From the NCBI GenBank assembly GCA_021794075.1, contig JAJYRM010000007.1, forward strand, positions 4,398 through 68,397: a stretch of 64,000 bases of DNA. Reading direction: 5' to 3'. Positions 19,549 to 29,851 of the stretch are shown here, piece after piece; the stretch's first letter is position 1, and the number at the start of each line of letters is the position of its first letter. Below the pieces are notes generated by a model, which worked only from the letters and a program-made list of their open reading frames with translations, did no database searches and had not been told where the DNA came from. The position numbers and the translations under genes were made by a program. Source of the stretch: Bacteroidota bacterium (GTDB taxonomy: Bacteria > Bacteroidota > Ignavibacteria > Kryptoniales > JAKASW01).

Positions 19549-19730
19549 TAACTGCTCCCTTCGGTGTTTTATTTGGTTTATTACGATGCATGAAATTTAG
19601 AAAGATTGGCCGTCATTTTCTTGTAAGTCGGGTAAAAGAATGCGACTTTAGTCCGCCGTGCCCGACCCATTTAGGATAAAGTCCCGTGACAATTTATTCC
19701 GACTAATTGTATACAGGTCGGAGTGGAGCC

Positions 19731-19973
19731 TTATGAAAGTTCGGCGAGCTTCTTTAAAAATGCATTCTCATCGAGCTTATATTCAAAAACCATCTGATCG
19801 TTTATGAAGATGACGGGAACCTTGTTGCCGAATCTTTCGAACATATCCGTGTTTTCCTCAAGCATTATTTTCTCAAGGAAGAACTTCTTTTCCTTTTTCA
19901 ATCTCTCGAGTGCCTGTTCAGCTTCATCGCAAAGATGGCACCCTTCCTTCTTGTATATTAATATTTTTGTCAC
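19731..19973 (-). CDS. glutaredoxin-like small thioredoxin-fold protein
   Basis: 80 aa with a CHLCDEA (CxxC) motif followed by VPVIFIN. Overlaps the lgt stop by 4 nt. Confidence 0.75.
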   Translation of the reverse strand: MTKILIYKKEGCHLCDEAEQALERLKKEKKFFLEKIMLEENTDMFERFGNKVPVIFINDQMVFEYKLDENAFLKKLAELS

Positions 19974-20845
19974 GATTTCACCGGTACCGGTTGTTTGTTC
20001 AGATAAATAAGTCCGCCTATGCCGATAGCAATAATGGGTATGGAGATCAGCTGCGCCTCGCTGAGTCCGAAGAGAAGCCTCGGATTCAGACGGATGAATT
20101 CCACCAGTAGCCTTTCAGCACCGGCGAGAATAAGGTAGATCATGAAGAGCTTCCCGTCCGGGCGAACCTTCTTTCTTATTTTCCAGAGGAAGTAAAAAAT
20201 CGCCAGTCCCGCTATGAACTCATATATTGGGGTCGGATGGAGAAGTGTATTATCGGGGACGATGCCTCCAGGGAATAAATCCTCGATATGCGGCAGTGTG
20301 CGGAAGGCTATCGAAGGCGGCACGATGCCGTGCGAATAATTGACTCCCCATGGAAGTTTCGTCGGCATGCCGTAGTCACCGTCTCCTGAGAAGTGGCATC
20401 CGAGTCTAGCCACCGCGTAGCCGAGCATAAGAGGGGCCGCGAGCGCGTCGGCGACCTTCGCTAACTTGAAATGCTTTTTGTGCGCCGCCCAGAGGATCGC
20501 GATCGCCGCGAGAACGAATCCGCCGTACCATGTCAGGCCTCCGGGGGAGAAAGCCATCCCCACAGGATCCTTAATGAAATCGCCCCAGCTCTCGATCAGG
20601 GAAAGGATCTTGGAGCCTGCAATTCCAAAGACGACGGCAAGCAAAGTAACCTGGTTGGCGAATTGAGCGCCCATTCCTTTGCGCTCAAATTCCTTGACGG
20701 CGACGTAGTTCGCGACAAGAAATCCGATTCCCATCATAAGGCCGTAGCTGTATACGCTGAACGGGCCGATCCTGAAAAGTACGGGGAGCACTGTCTTGCT
20801 GAGAAGTTCGCTAAGCATTCGTGTCAGTCCGGCATGAAGGCCCAC
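19970..20845 (-). CDS. lgt: prolipoprotein diacylglyceryl transferase
   Basis: Lgt motifs are present: IGPFSVYSYGLMM, RLGCHFSGDGDYG and HPTPIYE. An alternative ATG at 20818 (MLSELL...) would remove the 22-nt overlap with the upstream ORF. Confidence 0.9.
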   Translation of the reverse strand: MGLHAGLTRMLSELLSKTVLPVLFRIGPFSVYSYGLMMGIGFLVANYVAVKEFERKGMGAQFANQVTLLAVVFGIAGSKILSLIESWGDFIKDPVGMAFSPGGLTWYGGFVLAAIAILWAAHKKHFKLAKVADALAAPLMLGYAVARLGCHFSGDGDYGMPTKLPWGVNYSHGIVPPSIAFRTLPHIEDLFPGGIVPDNTLLHPTPIYEFIAGLAIFYFLWKIRKKVRPDGKLFMIYLILAGAERLLVEFIRLNPRLLFGLSEAQLISIPIIAIGIGGLIYLNKQPVPVKS

Positions 20846-21261
20846 TCGGAACGGTCCGTGAAGACCTCTATGAACTTATCCTCGTTTACAGACTTCAGAA
20901 TTTTCGGGGCGGTTTTTAGAGAGACCTTGAACTGATTAACCTGTTTACCGCGACGATCTACAACGACAGTGTAATCCCGCGGGTCAAGATTCTCGAACTC
21001 GCACCGGCAAACGGCGGGGCCAGGGCGAGGGAAGTCCGACATCGGCGTCTTCAACCCCATGATATTGAAGAATATCTTGTTGTCCTCAACCTTGCTGTTG
21101 ATAACAAGTTCGTAGACAAAATTTTGGAATTGCTCCGAAGTCCGAAACAGGAATACGACCCCCGAACGTTTCGGCATCTCTTCCGTGAAACGTTCTATAA
21201 GTAGTTTGAATTCGGCTCCGGATTCGTTCCGGCTTCGCTTTGGTGGTCTTCGTTTCGCCAT
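20824..21261 (-). CDS. hypothetical protein
   Basis: 145-aa ORF packed between ptsN and lgt on the same strand, with a basic N-terminus (MAKRRPPKRSRNE). I recognise no family. Confidence 0.55.
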   Translation of the reverse strand: MAKRRPPKRSRNESGAEFKLLIERFTEEMPKRSGVVFLFRTSEQFQNFVYELVINSKVEDNKIFFNIMGLKTPMSDFPRPGPAVCRCEFENLDPRDYTVVVDRRGKQVNQFKVSLKTAPKILKSVNEDKFIEVFTDRSEWAFMPD

Positions 21262-21267
21262 TACGGG

Positions 21268-21738
21268 TCAAATATCGAAATAACTGATTTCCTCATCCTT
21301 GAAGAATTGGACGATGTCGGCGGAAGTTTTGGCGCCGAGGAGTTTCCTCCTGAATTCGTCCTTGTTCATAAGGCGGGAAATTCTGCTGAGCAGTTTTATG
21401 TGCGGGCCGACCATGTTGTCCCTGCCGACAAGAAGGAACAGAAGCCTGACCGGTTCGCCGTCCAAGGATTGGAAATCGACGGGGTCATTCGTCACCGCGA
21501 AAGCCGCGACGATATCGCTTACTGCGTCGGTCTTCCCGTGAGGTATGGCAAATCCCTTTCCTACTCCCGTGGACATTATCTTTTCTCTTTCGAAGATTGC
21601 CTCACGGACTTTTTCGAGATCCTTGATTTTCTTCGAGCTTTTCAAAAGATCTATTACTGAATTGAGTACTTCTTCCTTGTTCTTTCCAGGTAATTTCGTC
21701 GACACAAATTCATCTTGAAGTATGTCGCTGATTTTCAT
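21268..21738 (-). CDS. ptsN: PTS EIIA-type (nitrogen-regulatory PtsN-like) protein
   Basis: 156 aa with the phospho-His region GFAIPHGKTD and a fold pattern typical of EIIA-Ntr/Fru. Confidence 0.8.
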   Translation of the reverse strand: MKISDILQDEFVSTKLPGKNKEEVLNSVIDLLKSSKKIKDLEKVREAIFEREKIMSTGVGKGFAIPHGKTDAVSDIVAAFAVTNDPVDFQSLDGEPVRLLFLLVGRDNMVGPHIKLLSRISRLMNKDEFRRKLLGAKTSADIVQFFKDEEISYFDI

Positions 21739-21840
21739 CGCTTAATTTTCTTCCTTTCGTTGTAAAAACTTTTGGGAGATCACTGCGGAGTCAAGTATGT
21801 TGCTTCCCGTCGCACCCGCATATCGGAGCTTTTTTCCCCA

Positions 21841-24384
21841 TCATGCGACTCCCTGTTTGTTCCCCTGTGCCCAATCTGAGAGCCAGTCATTAATTTGCGA
21901 CTCGAAATGGTCCACCACCGAGCGCGCTTGACTTTCGCTCTCGGATTCCGCGTTGATATGGAATAATGCCCGCTCCTTATCCGGCAGCAAGTGTACCCAT
22001 GTGCCATCCTCGTAATGAACCTTTATGCCGTCGATTGTTTCCCGTTTTTGGTCCTTTGTAAGCTCGATAAGTTTTCTCATGACGCTCCCTTTCTTGTTCC
22101 AGGGGCAGTCCAGGTTCTTCTTCACCATTTTGAACTTGGGAACAAGCCTGTCCAATTCGGCTAGCGTCAAGCCTGTCTTGGCAGTCATTTCTAGTATCTT
22201 AGCGATGGAAAACATCGCATCGCTTGCGAAGAGGTATTTTGGAAAAATGAATCCGCCTTTTGTACCTCCCACGAAATCAAAATCACCATCGAAGGCCGCA
22301 TTCATGAGGGCCTGATGGGTAGCCTGAGTACGCACAACATCAACGCCGTGTTCCGCGCAAATCAAGTCAACCTCTCTTGTCGCGGAAAATGGGACGGCGA
22401 TCCTCTTCGCTTTCGGATGCGAGAGGATAAATAGCTTCGTGACGAGGGAAAGAAGACGGTCCTCGTCAATGAACTCGCCTTGTTTGTTCACAACAAATAT
22501 TTTCTCGGCCCCGGCGTCGAACATGAAGCCGAAATCATAATTGAGGGACCTAACGATATCCTTCAACTGCTGGATGTCAGTCTGCAGCTGCCGCCTGGTC
22601 TTTGTAAGCCTCTTGGGATCCAAATAGGCGTTCAATGCGACGACGCTGGCATTCAGCGATCCGAGAATTGTGGGGAAGAGAGTCGAGGCGACCCCGTGCG
22701 CATAATCGATCACCACATTGAATTTCTTTTCTCGTATCGCGTCTATGTCGAGCGAGTTAATAAAATCTTCCCGGTAGCTCTCATTTGTCCGCTCGGGGAA
22801 GTAGATATCTCCAACCTGGTCGTGTGTCGCCCTGGTAAACTCTTCTCCGAAGAACAACCGCTCGACTGATCGCGCCTTATTCTGGGCAAGGTCTCTTCCG
22901 TCCGAATCAAAGAATATGATATCCGTTAAGTCGGCATCCACAGGGCTCTTTCTGACATGGATACCGCCAGCGGCCTTGCCGTTCCTCAATTCGTGTCGCA
23001 CGATTGGGATCGGCTCACTTCTCAGATCGTAGACATTGCTTCCGGCGGACATAAGTCCAACTATAATGGAGCGATTTATCATCCGGCTTACGGTGTCGGA
23101 ATCGCGGCTGCAGATTACATACTTCCCCTGTCCGAGAAGGGAACCGAAGGCGGCTCCGAGTTTGGCTGCAAATTCCGGGTGCATCTCTATATTGGAAGTC
23201 CCGGTCACGCGAGCGTCGGTGAATATTGCGGAGAGCCATTTGTCTTCCCAGACTAGGCTCCTTGAAAGAGTAGCTCCAGCTTCCACGACTTTCTTCGGCC
23301 ACAGCTTCACATTCGGCCTGATATGGGCGCCGTTCCCGATTATGCATTCGTCGCTAATAAAAACGTTCTCTTCGATCTGAGCGCGCTCTCCCACCATCGT
23401 GTTGCTTGCGATTACATCTCCGGTGACCCTTGATCGCGCGCCGATTGTGATATTATCCCAAAGGACGCTTCGGCTTATAACGGAATCAGAACCGATCGAC
23501 GTGTTGTCGCCGACGATTGAATCGACAAGCTCGACATTTTCACCGATCGTCACATTATTACCCAGCACGATAGTCCCTTTGGCGACGAGCGAGTCGGGGA
23601 TTTGAAAATCTGGCGGGGCAATGATCGTGGCGCCGTTGTGACTCACACGCTCTCCGTCGGTATGAACATAAACCCTGTTGTCAAGGCAATCATGTTGAGC
23701 GTCAATATACTCATTGAGATTTCCGACGTCACGCCAATAGCCATCAGCCATATATCCAAAAAGAGGGAGTCCTTCTTTCAGCATTTGCGGATAAAGCTGC
23801 TTACTGAAATCGTAATCTTCGCGGTAGGGAACCATCTCTATTATTTCAGGTTCGACCACGTATATCCCTGTATTCACCGCGTCGCTGAAAACTTCACCCC
23901 AAGTTGGTTTCTCCAGAAATCTAACGATCCTGCCGTCATCCTCCGTTATCACAAGCCCGAATTGAAGAGGGTCGGGGACGTGGGTGAGCACAAGGGTGGC
24001 CTTCGATTTTTTCGACTCGTGGAAGGCAACTGCTTTCTTGAGATCGAAGTCGGTTAGAACGTCACCGCTTATGACGAGAATCCTCGATCCCTTCAACAGG
24101 TCATAGGCGTTGCGCACGCTTCCCGCTGTGCCATAATCGGCGTCGGCTTTGACGTACTGGATCGAGGCATCGAATTGGGATCCGTCGCCGAGGAAATTCT
24201 TTATGATATTGGGATGATAGAAAACGAGCACTACGATATCGGTGATGCCATGCTTCACGAGAAGCCTGACGATATGCTCGATCATAGGCTTATTCATGAT
24301 CGGAACCATCGGCTTCGGAATCTTGCTGGTCAGCGGTCGGAGCCTTGTGCCAAATCCGCCTGCCATGATCACGGCTTTCAACAT
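21841..24384 (-). CDS. sugar-phosphate nucleotidyltransferase fused to a PGM/PMM-like domain
   Basis: 847 aa. The N-terminus reads AVIMAGGFGTRLRPLTSKIPKPMVP, followed by left-handed beta-helix repeats. The C-terminal ~460 aa has four-domain phosphohexomutase architecture, but its catalytic loops are altered (see findings). Confidence 0.85.
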   Translation of the reverse strand: MLKAVIMAGGFGTRLRPLTSKIPKPMVPIMNKPMIEHIVRLLVKHGITDIVVLVFYHPNIIKNFLGDGSQFDASIQYVKADADYGTAGSVRNAYDLLKGSRILVISGDVLTDFDLKKAVAFHESKKSKATLVLTHVPDPLQFGLVITEDDGRIVRFLEKPTWGEVFSDAVNTGIYVVEPEIIEMVPYREDYDFSKQLYPQMLKEGLPLFGYMADGYWRDVGNLNEYIDAQHDCLDNRVYVHTDGERVSHNGATIIAPPDFQIPDSLVAKGTIVLGNNVTIGENVELVDSIVGDNTSIGSDSVISRSVLWDNITIGARSRVTGDVIASNTMVGERAQIEENVFISDECIIGNGAHIRPNVKLWPKKVVEAGATLSRSLVWEDKWLSAIFTDARVTGTSNIEMHPEFAAKLGAAFGSLLGQGKYVICSRDSDTVSRMINRSIIVGLMSAGSNVYDLRSEPIPIVRHELRNGKAAGGIHVRKSPVDADLTDIIFFDSDGRDLAQNKARSVERLFFGEEFTRATHDQVGDIYFPERTNESYREDFINSLDIDAIREKKFNVVIDYAHGVASTLFPTILGSLNASVVALNAYLDPKRLTKTRRQLQTDIQQLKDIVRSLNYDFGFMFDAGAEKIFVVNKQGEFIDEDRLLSLVTKLFILSHPKAKRIAVPFSATREVDLICAEHGVDVVRTQATHQALMNAAFDGDFDFVGGTKGGFIFPKYLFASDAMFSIAKILEMTAKTGLTLAELDRLVPKFKMVKKNLDCPWNKKGSVMRKLIELTKDQKRETIDGIKVHYEDGTWVHLLPDKERALFHINAESESESQARSVVDHFESQINDWLSDWAQGNKQGVA

Positions 24385-24543
24385 CTCGAGTGAAGCGCTC
24401 CTTGATTAAAAATTCGGTGAAATATAAACCGCATGTGAGGGAAAATCAAGGAAACGGCGACATGCCGCAGTCATAACCTAACGTTTCTCCGACGCTTGCG
24501 TTACGAGTTGCAAACAAGCTTGAGATTGCTTAATATTACCCGA

Positions 24544-24574
24544 CCTTTAATTCCATCCTGTGAGGTGGATAAGG
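24544..24574 (+). promoter_or_regulatory. PyrR-binding RNA hairpin (pyr leader)
   Basis: CCUUUAAUUCCAUCCUGUGAGGUGGAUAAGG has a lower stem CCUU/AAGG, an upper stem CCA/UGG and a loop UCCUGUGAGG. The canonical PyrR loop is UCCAGAGAGG. It lies on the same strand, upstream of pyrR. Confidence 0.6.
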
Positions 24575-24804
24575 ACCTGCCACAGTCGTGTCTCCTCACA
24601 TCTGGATTTAGGGAAAATTTTGTTTCGAGTATCCCGGTCTTACGAAGAACCCTCATGCCGGCTCAAGATCTTGATTCCCGCGTGAAGGTCGGCTAGCCCG
24701 GGAATTCTCAGGCGAAAGCCGTACGGATACTTCGAGTAGGATGCGCTATTACGGACGGCAATTCGCAATCCACGCAATAGCGATTTTAGAATAAGCCGCG
24801 TTAA

Positions 24805-25371
<567 letters not shown>

Positions 25372-25416
25372 TGGATTGGTCCCGATAGTGAGATCAAAAG
25401 AAAGGATTAAATACTG

Positions 25417-26340
25417 ATGCCACAGGGAATCAGGAATTTGCTGGGACTCCGTGACATGGAGCCAGAAGGGCTGGTCGAAATACTCGACACGGCCAGAAGC
25501 TTCAGGGAAGTCTTGGAGCGTCCTATTAAAAAGGTCCCGACACTTCAGGGGACGACCGTGGTGAATCTCTTTTTTGAAAGCTCTACCAGAACGCGTATTT
25601 CCTTTGAGCTCGCCGAGAGACGATTGAGCGCTGATGTGGTTAACTTCGCGGCAAGCGGAAGCAGTGTTTCAAAGGGGGAGACGTTAAAAGACACCGCGCG
25701 CAATATCGAAGCGATGAAGACTGACATCGTGGTAGTACGACACTCGTCGACGGGAGCCCCTCACTTTCTCTCTCGTCTGCTCAAATCTCCGGTCATAAAC
25801 GCGGGAGACGGCATCAACGAACATCCGACACAAGCGCTGCTGGATATGTTCACGATGAGGGAAAAGTTTGGAGATCTCAAGGGCCTCCACGTTTGCATTG
25901 TCGGCGATATAGCACACAGTCGAGTTGCTCGCTCTAATATCTTCGGCCTGACCAAGCTTGGTGCGAGCGTCGCAGTTTGTGGACCGAGAACCCTTATACC
26001 GGATTATCTCGAGCAGTTCGGTGTAAAGGTGTTTTACAATATTGACGACGCCATAAAGTGGGCGGACGTGCTAAACGTCCTGAGAATCCAACTGGAAAGG
26101 GAAGCCGGAGGCGATTTTCCCAGTATAAGGGAATACAGGTTGTACTGGGGTGTCAATCGCTCGCGATTGGATAAGGCGCCGAAACAGATTGTCATAATGC
26201 ATCCGGGTCCGATCAACCGCGGGGTCGAGCTCGACGCCGACATCGCTGACGGAGAAACGTCGGTCATACTCGATCAGGTTACGAATGGTGTCGCGGTAAG
26301 AATGGCAGTGCTTTACTTAACAGGAGTCAAACCTTCATGA
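25417..26340 (+). CDS. pyrB: aspartate carbamoyltransferase catalytic subunit
   Basis: 307 aa with the motifs STRTR, HPTQ and HPGP. Confidence 0.95.
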   Translation: MPQGIRNLLGLRDMEPEGLVEILDTARSFREVLERPIKKVPTLQGTTVVNLFFESSTRTRISFELAERRLSADVVNFAASGSSVSKGETLKDTARNIEAMKTDIVVVRHSSTGAPHFLSRLLKSPVINAGDGINEHPTQALLDMFTMREKFGDLKGLHVCIVGDIAHSRVARSNIFGLTKLGASVAVCGPRTLIPDYLEQFGVKVFYNIDDAIKWADVLNVLRIQLEREAGGDFPSIREYRLYWGVNRSRLDKAPKQIVIMHPGPINRGVELDADIADGETSVILDQVTNGVAVRMAVLYLTGVKPS

Positions 26341-27641
26341 AAATATTCTTTAGAAATGCCAGGGTCGTCGATCCGGCTGGCAAGTACGACGGATTGTTCG
26401 ATCTTATGATAGTCGACGGCGCGATACAGGAATTAGGATCCTCACTCGGGGGAAATCCCGTCAATTATGAAATCAACCTTCGTGGCAAGTTTGTCGTTCC
26501 GGGATTGTTCGATATGCACACGCATCTGAGGGAGCCGGGTCAGGAGTACAAGGAAGACATCGCTTCCGGTACCGCAGCGGCGGCAAACGGAGGTTTTACC
26601 GCCATTGCGGCGATGCCGAACACGGACCCCGTCGTCGATTCAGCCGATGTAGTCAAATATGTACTCGATAGGGCAAAGCAGTCGCCGAACGCGGAGCAGG
26701 CGGGATTGGTGAATGTCTACCAGATCGCGGCGATCACCGAAGGAAGAAAGGGAGAGCGCCTTTCCGAGATGAAGGATCTGTCCGAAGCGGGGGCCATAGC
26801 TTTCAGCGATGACGGATCCGCGATCACGGATTCTCACGTGATGCGCCTGGCCCTCGAATACTCTTCCATGTTGGGTAAGCCCATCATTCAGCATTGCGAG
26901 GACCACGCATTGACGAAATCTGGCAGCGTAAATGAGAGTCCGAAGACGATAGAATATGGCCTGAAAACTCAGCACAGGCTGGCCGAGGAATTGGTTCTCA
27001 GCCGTGACATCAGGATGCTTGAAGCTTTCGGTGGGAAATATCATGCTACTCATCTTTCAACTTCTGAGTCGGTTGAGCTAATCGCTGCCGCGAAGAAACG
27101 CGGCCTCCCAATTACCTGCGACGTGACTCCGCATCACCTGTTTCTCGATGACAGTCTTCTTTCGACATACGATTCAGATTACAAGGTAAACCCGCCCTTG
27201 CGGACAAGAGCGGACAACGAGGCGCTTATTGAGGCGCTGAAGTCAGGTGTGATCGACGCGATCGCAAGCGACCATGCGCCTCATGCCTTGCATGAAAAAG
27301 AAGTGGAGTTCGACTCGGCGCCATTCGGCATGGTCGGTCTGGAGACAACTGTCGGGGCCGTGATGACAAATCTATTTCATACAGGCGTCGTCGACATCCA
27401 GGCTATCGTTAGACTATTGAGCGTGAATCCGAGAAAAATTATGGGAATACCCGTCCCTCAGTTTAACCTTGGGGCTCGCGCGGATCTTACCATAATCGAT
27501 CCTGATTGCGAATGGATAGTTGAACCGGATAAATTCAAGTCGAGGAGCCGGAACACAGGCTTCAAAGGGCAGAAGTTCAAAGGAAGCGCCGTAGGAATCG
27601 TGAACGGGGAAAGGTTCTTTTTCTCCGACAGACTCAGGTAG
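26337..27641 (+). CDS. pyrC: dihydroorotase
   Basis: 434 aa amidohydrolase with [10 protein letters not shown] and ASDHAPH. Overlaps the pyrB stop by 4 nt. Confidence 0.93.
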   Translation: MKIFFRNARVVDPAGKYDGLFDLMIVDGAIQELGSSLGGNPVNYEINLRGKFVVPGLFDMHTHLREPGQEYKEDIASGTAAAANGGFTAIAAMPNTDPVVDSADVVKYVLDRAKQSPNAEQAGLVNVYQIAAITEGRKGERLSEMKDLSEAGAIAFSDDGSAITDSHVMRLALEYSSMLGKPIIQHCEDHALTKSGSVNESPKTIEYGLKTQHRLAEELVLSRDIRMLEAFGGKYHATHLSTSESVELIAAAKKRGLPITCDVTPHHLFLDDSLLSTYDSDYKVNPPLRTRADNEALIEALKSGVIDAIASDHAPHALHEKEVEFDSAPFGMVGLETTVGAVMTNLFHTGVVDIQAIVRLLSVNPRKIMGIPVPQFNLGARADLTIIDPDCEWIVEPDKFKSRSRNTGFKGQKFKGSAVGIVNGERFFFSDRLR

Positions 27642-28257
27642 TTGATTTGGTTCCCTGCGGATGGAATTGGGCGGGGGCTTCGCTGGATTTTCTCAGGAGA
27701 TGGATATACTCGCTCCTGGGAATTTCCATCGCGCCGAACATCTGAAGGTGAGGCGTGATGTATTGTGTATCAAGTAAAGTGAAACCGCGGTCAACAAGGA
27801 AGTCAATGAGGAAAGCTAGGGCGACTTTCGACGCTCCGCTTCTCAAGCTGAACATCGATTCGCCGAAGAAAGCCCCGCCGAGCGCGACCCCGTACAATCC
27901 GCCGGCCAGACCCTCCAAGTCGTAGCTCTCGACGCTATGCGCGTATCCAAGCTTGAAAAGTTCGAGGTAGCTTTCAATAATATCTTCGTTTATCCAAGTC
28001 TCTTCGCGCCCCGCGCAGCCTCTGATAACACTCTCGAAACTTGTATCGATGTTTATACGGAACTCGCCTTTTTTAATCAGTTGTCGCGTGGACCGCGGAA
28101 TATTATATCGGTCGAGCGGGATAATCGTCCTCGGATCGGGAGAATACCATCCAATGTTGTTGTCGGGCCCTGCCATCGGGAAGTATCCGATGGAGTAGGC
28201 GCCGAGGAGTATTCCGGACGGTATCATGAAATTGGACTGCGATGCACAACTGAGCAT
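27634..28257 (-). CDS. aat: leucyl/phenylalanyl-tRNA--protein transferase
   Basis: 207 aa with GYFPMAGPDN, WYSPDPR and GESMFS motifs. Confidence 0.88.
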   Translation of the reverse strand: MLSCASQSNFMIPSGILLGAYSIGYFPMAGPDNNIGWYSPDPRTIIPLDRYNIPRSTRQLIKKGEFRINIDTSFESVIRGCAGREETWINEDIIESYLELFKLGYAHSVESYDLEGLAGGLYGVALGGAFFGESMFSLRSGASKVALAFLIDFLVDRGFTLLDTQYITPHLQMFGAMEIPRSEYIHLLRKSSEAPAQFHPQGTKSTT

Positions 28258-28684
28258 TTCTTCACACGCGTATTATATTTGCAGTTGGGGCAAAAAGCAA
28301 AGGAAAGTTGTTCCGGTGGTATTGGATTTTTCCTAAGGTCATTTCCGTCGTGTCCGGAGCTCGAAATTGGGTCAGGTCCCGTCAATGATGATGGAGCTTG
28401 CGACTGTTGCTGCGCTTAGCCCCCGTTCGTGAGGCTGGTCTCAAATCTCTCCTTGGTTTGGGATGAAATCGGGCTGTAGGTGGGAGGTTAATCCGATCCG
28501 GGCCTCTACCCAACGAAAGAAAAAGTCTATAATAATAAAACTGTCTCACGTGGTTTTTATTGCTTTTGTTCCGGAGCTTAGATATATTTTTAGCGTAATT
28601 TTTAGAAAATGACAAGAAGAGAAGGCACATTTCTGATCAAAAAGTTCTTAAGAGAGAATACAAAAGTCGGTCAGAAAATATGAA

Positions 28685-28717
28685 GTGTTCCAGTGAAAAC
28701 CGGAACACTTTTTTTTT
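28685..28717 (+). terminator. rho-independent terminator with no annotated gene upstream on its strand
   Basis: GTGTTCC (28685-91) pairs perfectly with GGAACAC (28702-08) across a 10-nt loop, followed by nine T (28709-17). It ends 15 nt before the ATG at 28733. Confidence 0.6.
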
Positions 28718-28732
28718 GCATTTCGATAATAC

Positions 28733-29833
28733 ATGAAGCTGTCAGAAGTAGTTAAGAAGATCAAAGAGAGACTTCCAATCGAGTTGGTGGCGGACCAGGA
28801 TAACGTCGGGTTGATTAGCGGCGACCTTGACGACGATTGCGGGAAGATGACTGTAGCGTACGAGCTCAACGGCGATGTTCTTGAAGAGGCAGCAAATTCA
28901 GGTTCAAATCTAATCGTTACCTACCATACACCGTTATACAGGCCTACCAGGTCGTTTACGACTTCCAATTCAAGCCCCGATTACCTTTTTCGGGCAACCC
29001 GGCGCTCAATTAACGTGTTCACGGTTCACACCGCGCTGGACGTTGTCCGTGACGGGATGAATTTTGACCTCGCATCTCGGCTGGGTTTGAAGAACATAAG
29101 GTACCTCTCTCCTTTGACAGACACGCTTCGAAAAATCGTTGTCTTTGTCCCTCAGGATCATATCGATAAGGTCCGCTCTGCGATGTCGAAAAATGGGGCC
29201 GGAGTGATTGGTAACTATTCTGAATGCGCGTTTGCTTCCGAAGGCGAGGGATCTTTTTTGCCGGGAGAGGGCTCCGTCCCATACGTCGGCACACCCGGCA
29301 AGCCTGAGAGAACAAGCGAGCAGCGACTTGAGATGGTTGTGGATAAAGTGAGTCTCGGAAGAGTTGTTCAGGCGATGTTGAAAGCTCACCCATATGAGGA
29401 AGTGGCCTACGATGTCTACCCAATACTGAATACCTCTTCAAACTTCGGTTTCGGTGCGATAGGCGAACTTGAGGAAGAGGTTCCCGCTGAAAAGTTTCTT
29501 GAAAGAGTTAAAAATGTACTCGGACAGCCTTTCCTGAAAATTTCGCGCTTAAGCGATGCAAAGATAAAGCGAGTCGCCGTTTGCGCGGGATCCGGGGTTC
29601 CGTTTTATAAAGATGCCGTTAGAGAAGGCGCGGATATATTCATAACCGGAGATGTGAAGCACCACGATTTCAGAGAAAGCCGAACTCGGCCGACTGTCCT
29701 CGCTGATGCGACCCACCACGGGACGGAAAGATTCGCCGCCGAAGTACTTCAACGTATTATGAAAGAAATGTTTAAAGATAGATTCGTTATCAATCTAAGC
29801 AAGCACGATTATGACAGTGCAGTCATTGTTTAA
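28733..29833 (+). CDS. Nif3-like dinuclear metal centre protein (long form with inserted domain)
   Basis: 366 aa with DNVGL, YHTP, HTALD and a C-terminal ATHHGTE, as in the YqfO/YbgI (NIF3) family. Confidence 0.88.
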   Translation: MKLSEVVKKIKERLPIELVADQDNVGLISGDLDDDCGKMTVAYELNGDVLEEAANSGSNLIVTYHTPLYRPTRSFTTSNSSPDYLFRATRRSINVFTVHTALDVVRDGMNFDLASRLGLKNIRYLSPLTDTLRKIVVFVPQDHIDKVRSAMSKNGAGVIGNYSECAFASEGEGSFLPGEGSVPYVGTPGKPERTSEQRLEMVVDKVSLGRVVQAMLKAHPYEEVAYDVYPILNTSSNFGFGAIGELEEEVPAEKFLERVKNVLGQPFLKISRLSDAKIKRVAVCAGSGVPFYKDAVREGADIFITGDVKHHDFRESRTRPTVLADATHHGTERFAAEVLQRIMKEMFKDRFVINLSKHDYDSAVIV

Positions 29834-29851
29834 CTTACCCAGGAGACGAAG

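Noticed and set aside
28426-28439. 14-nt identity (ttcgtgaggctggt) between the aat/NIF3 intergenic region and rnpB (31201-31214), which might suggest an RNase-P-related or duplicated RNA
   Set aside because: A few chance 14-mer matches are expected in 64 kb on two strands. The flanking sequence shows no further similarity or RNase P-like motifs.
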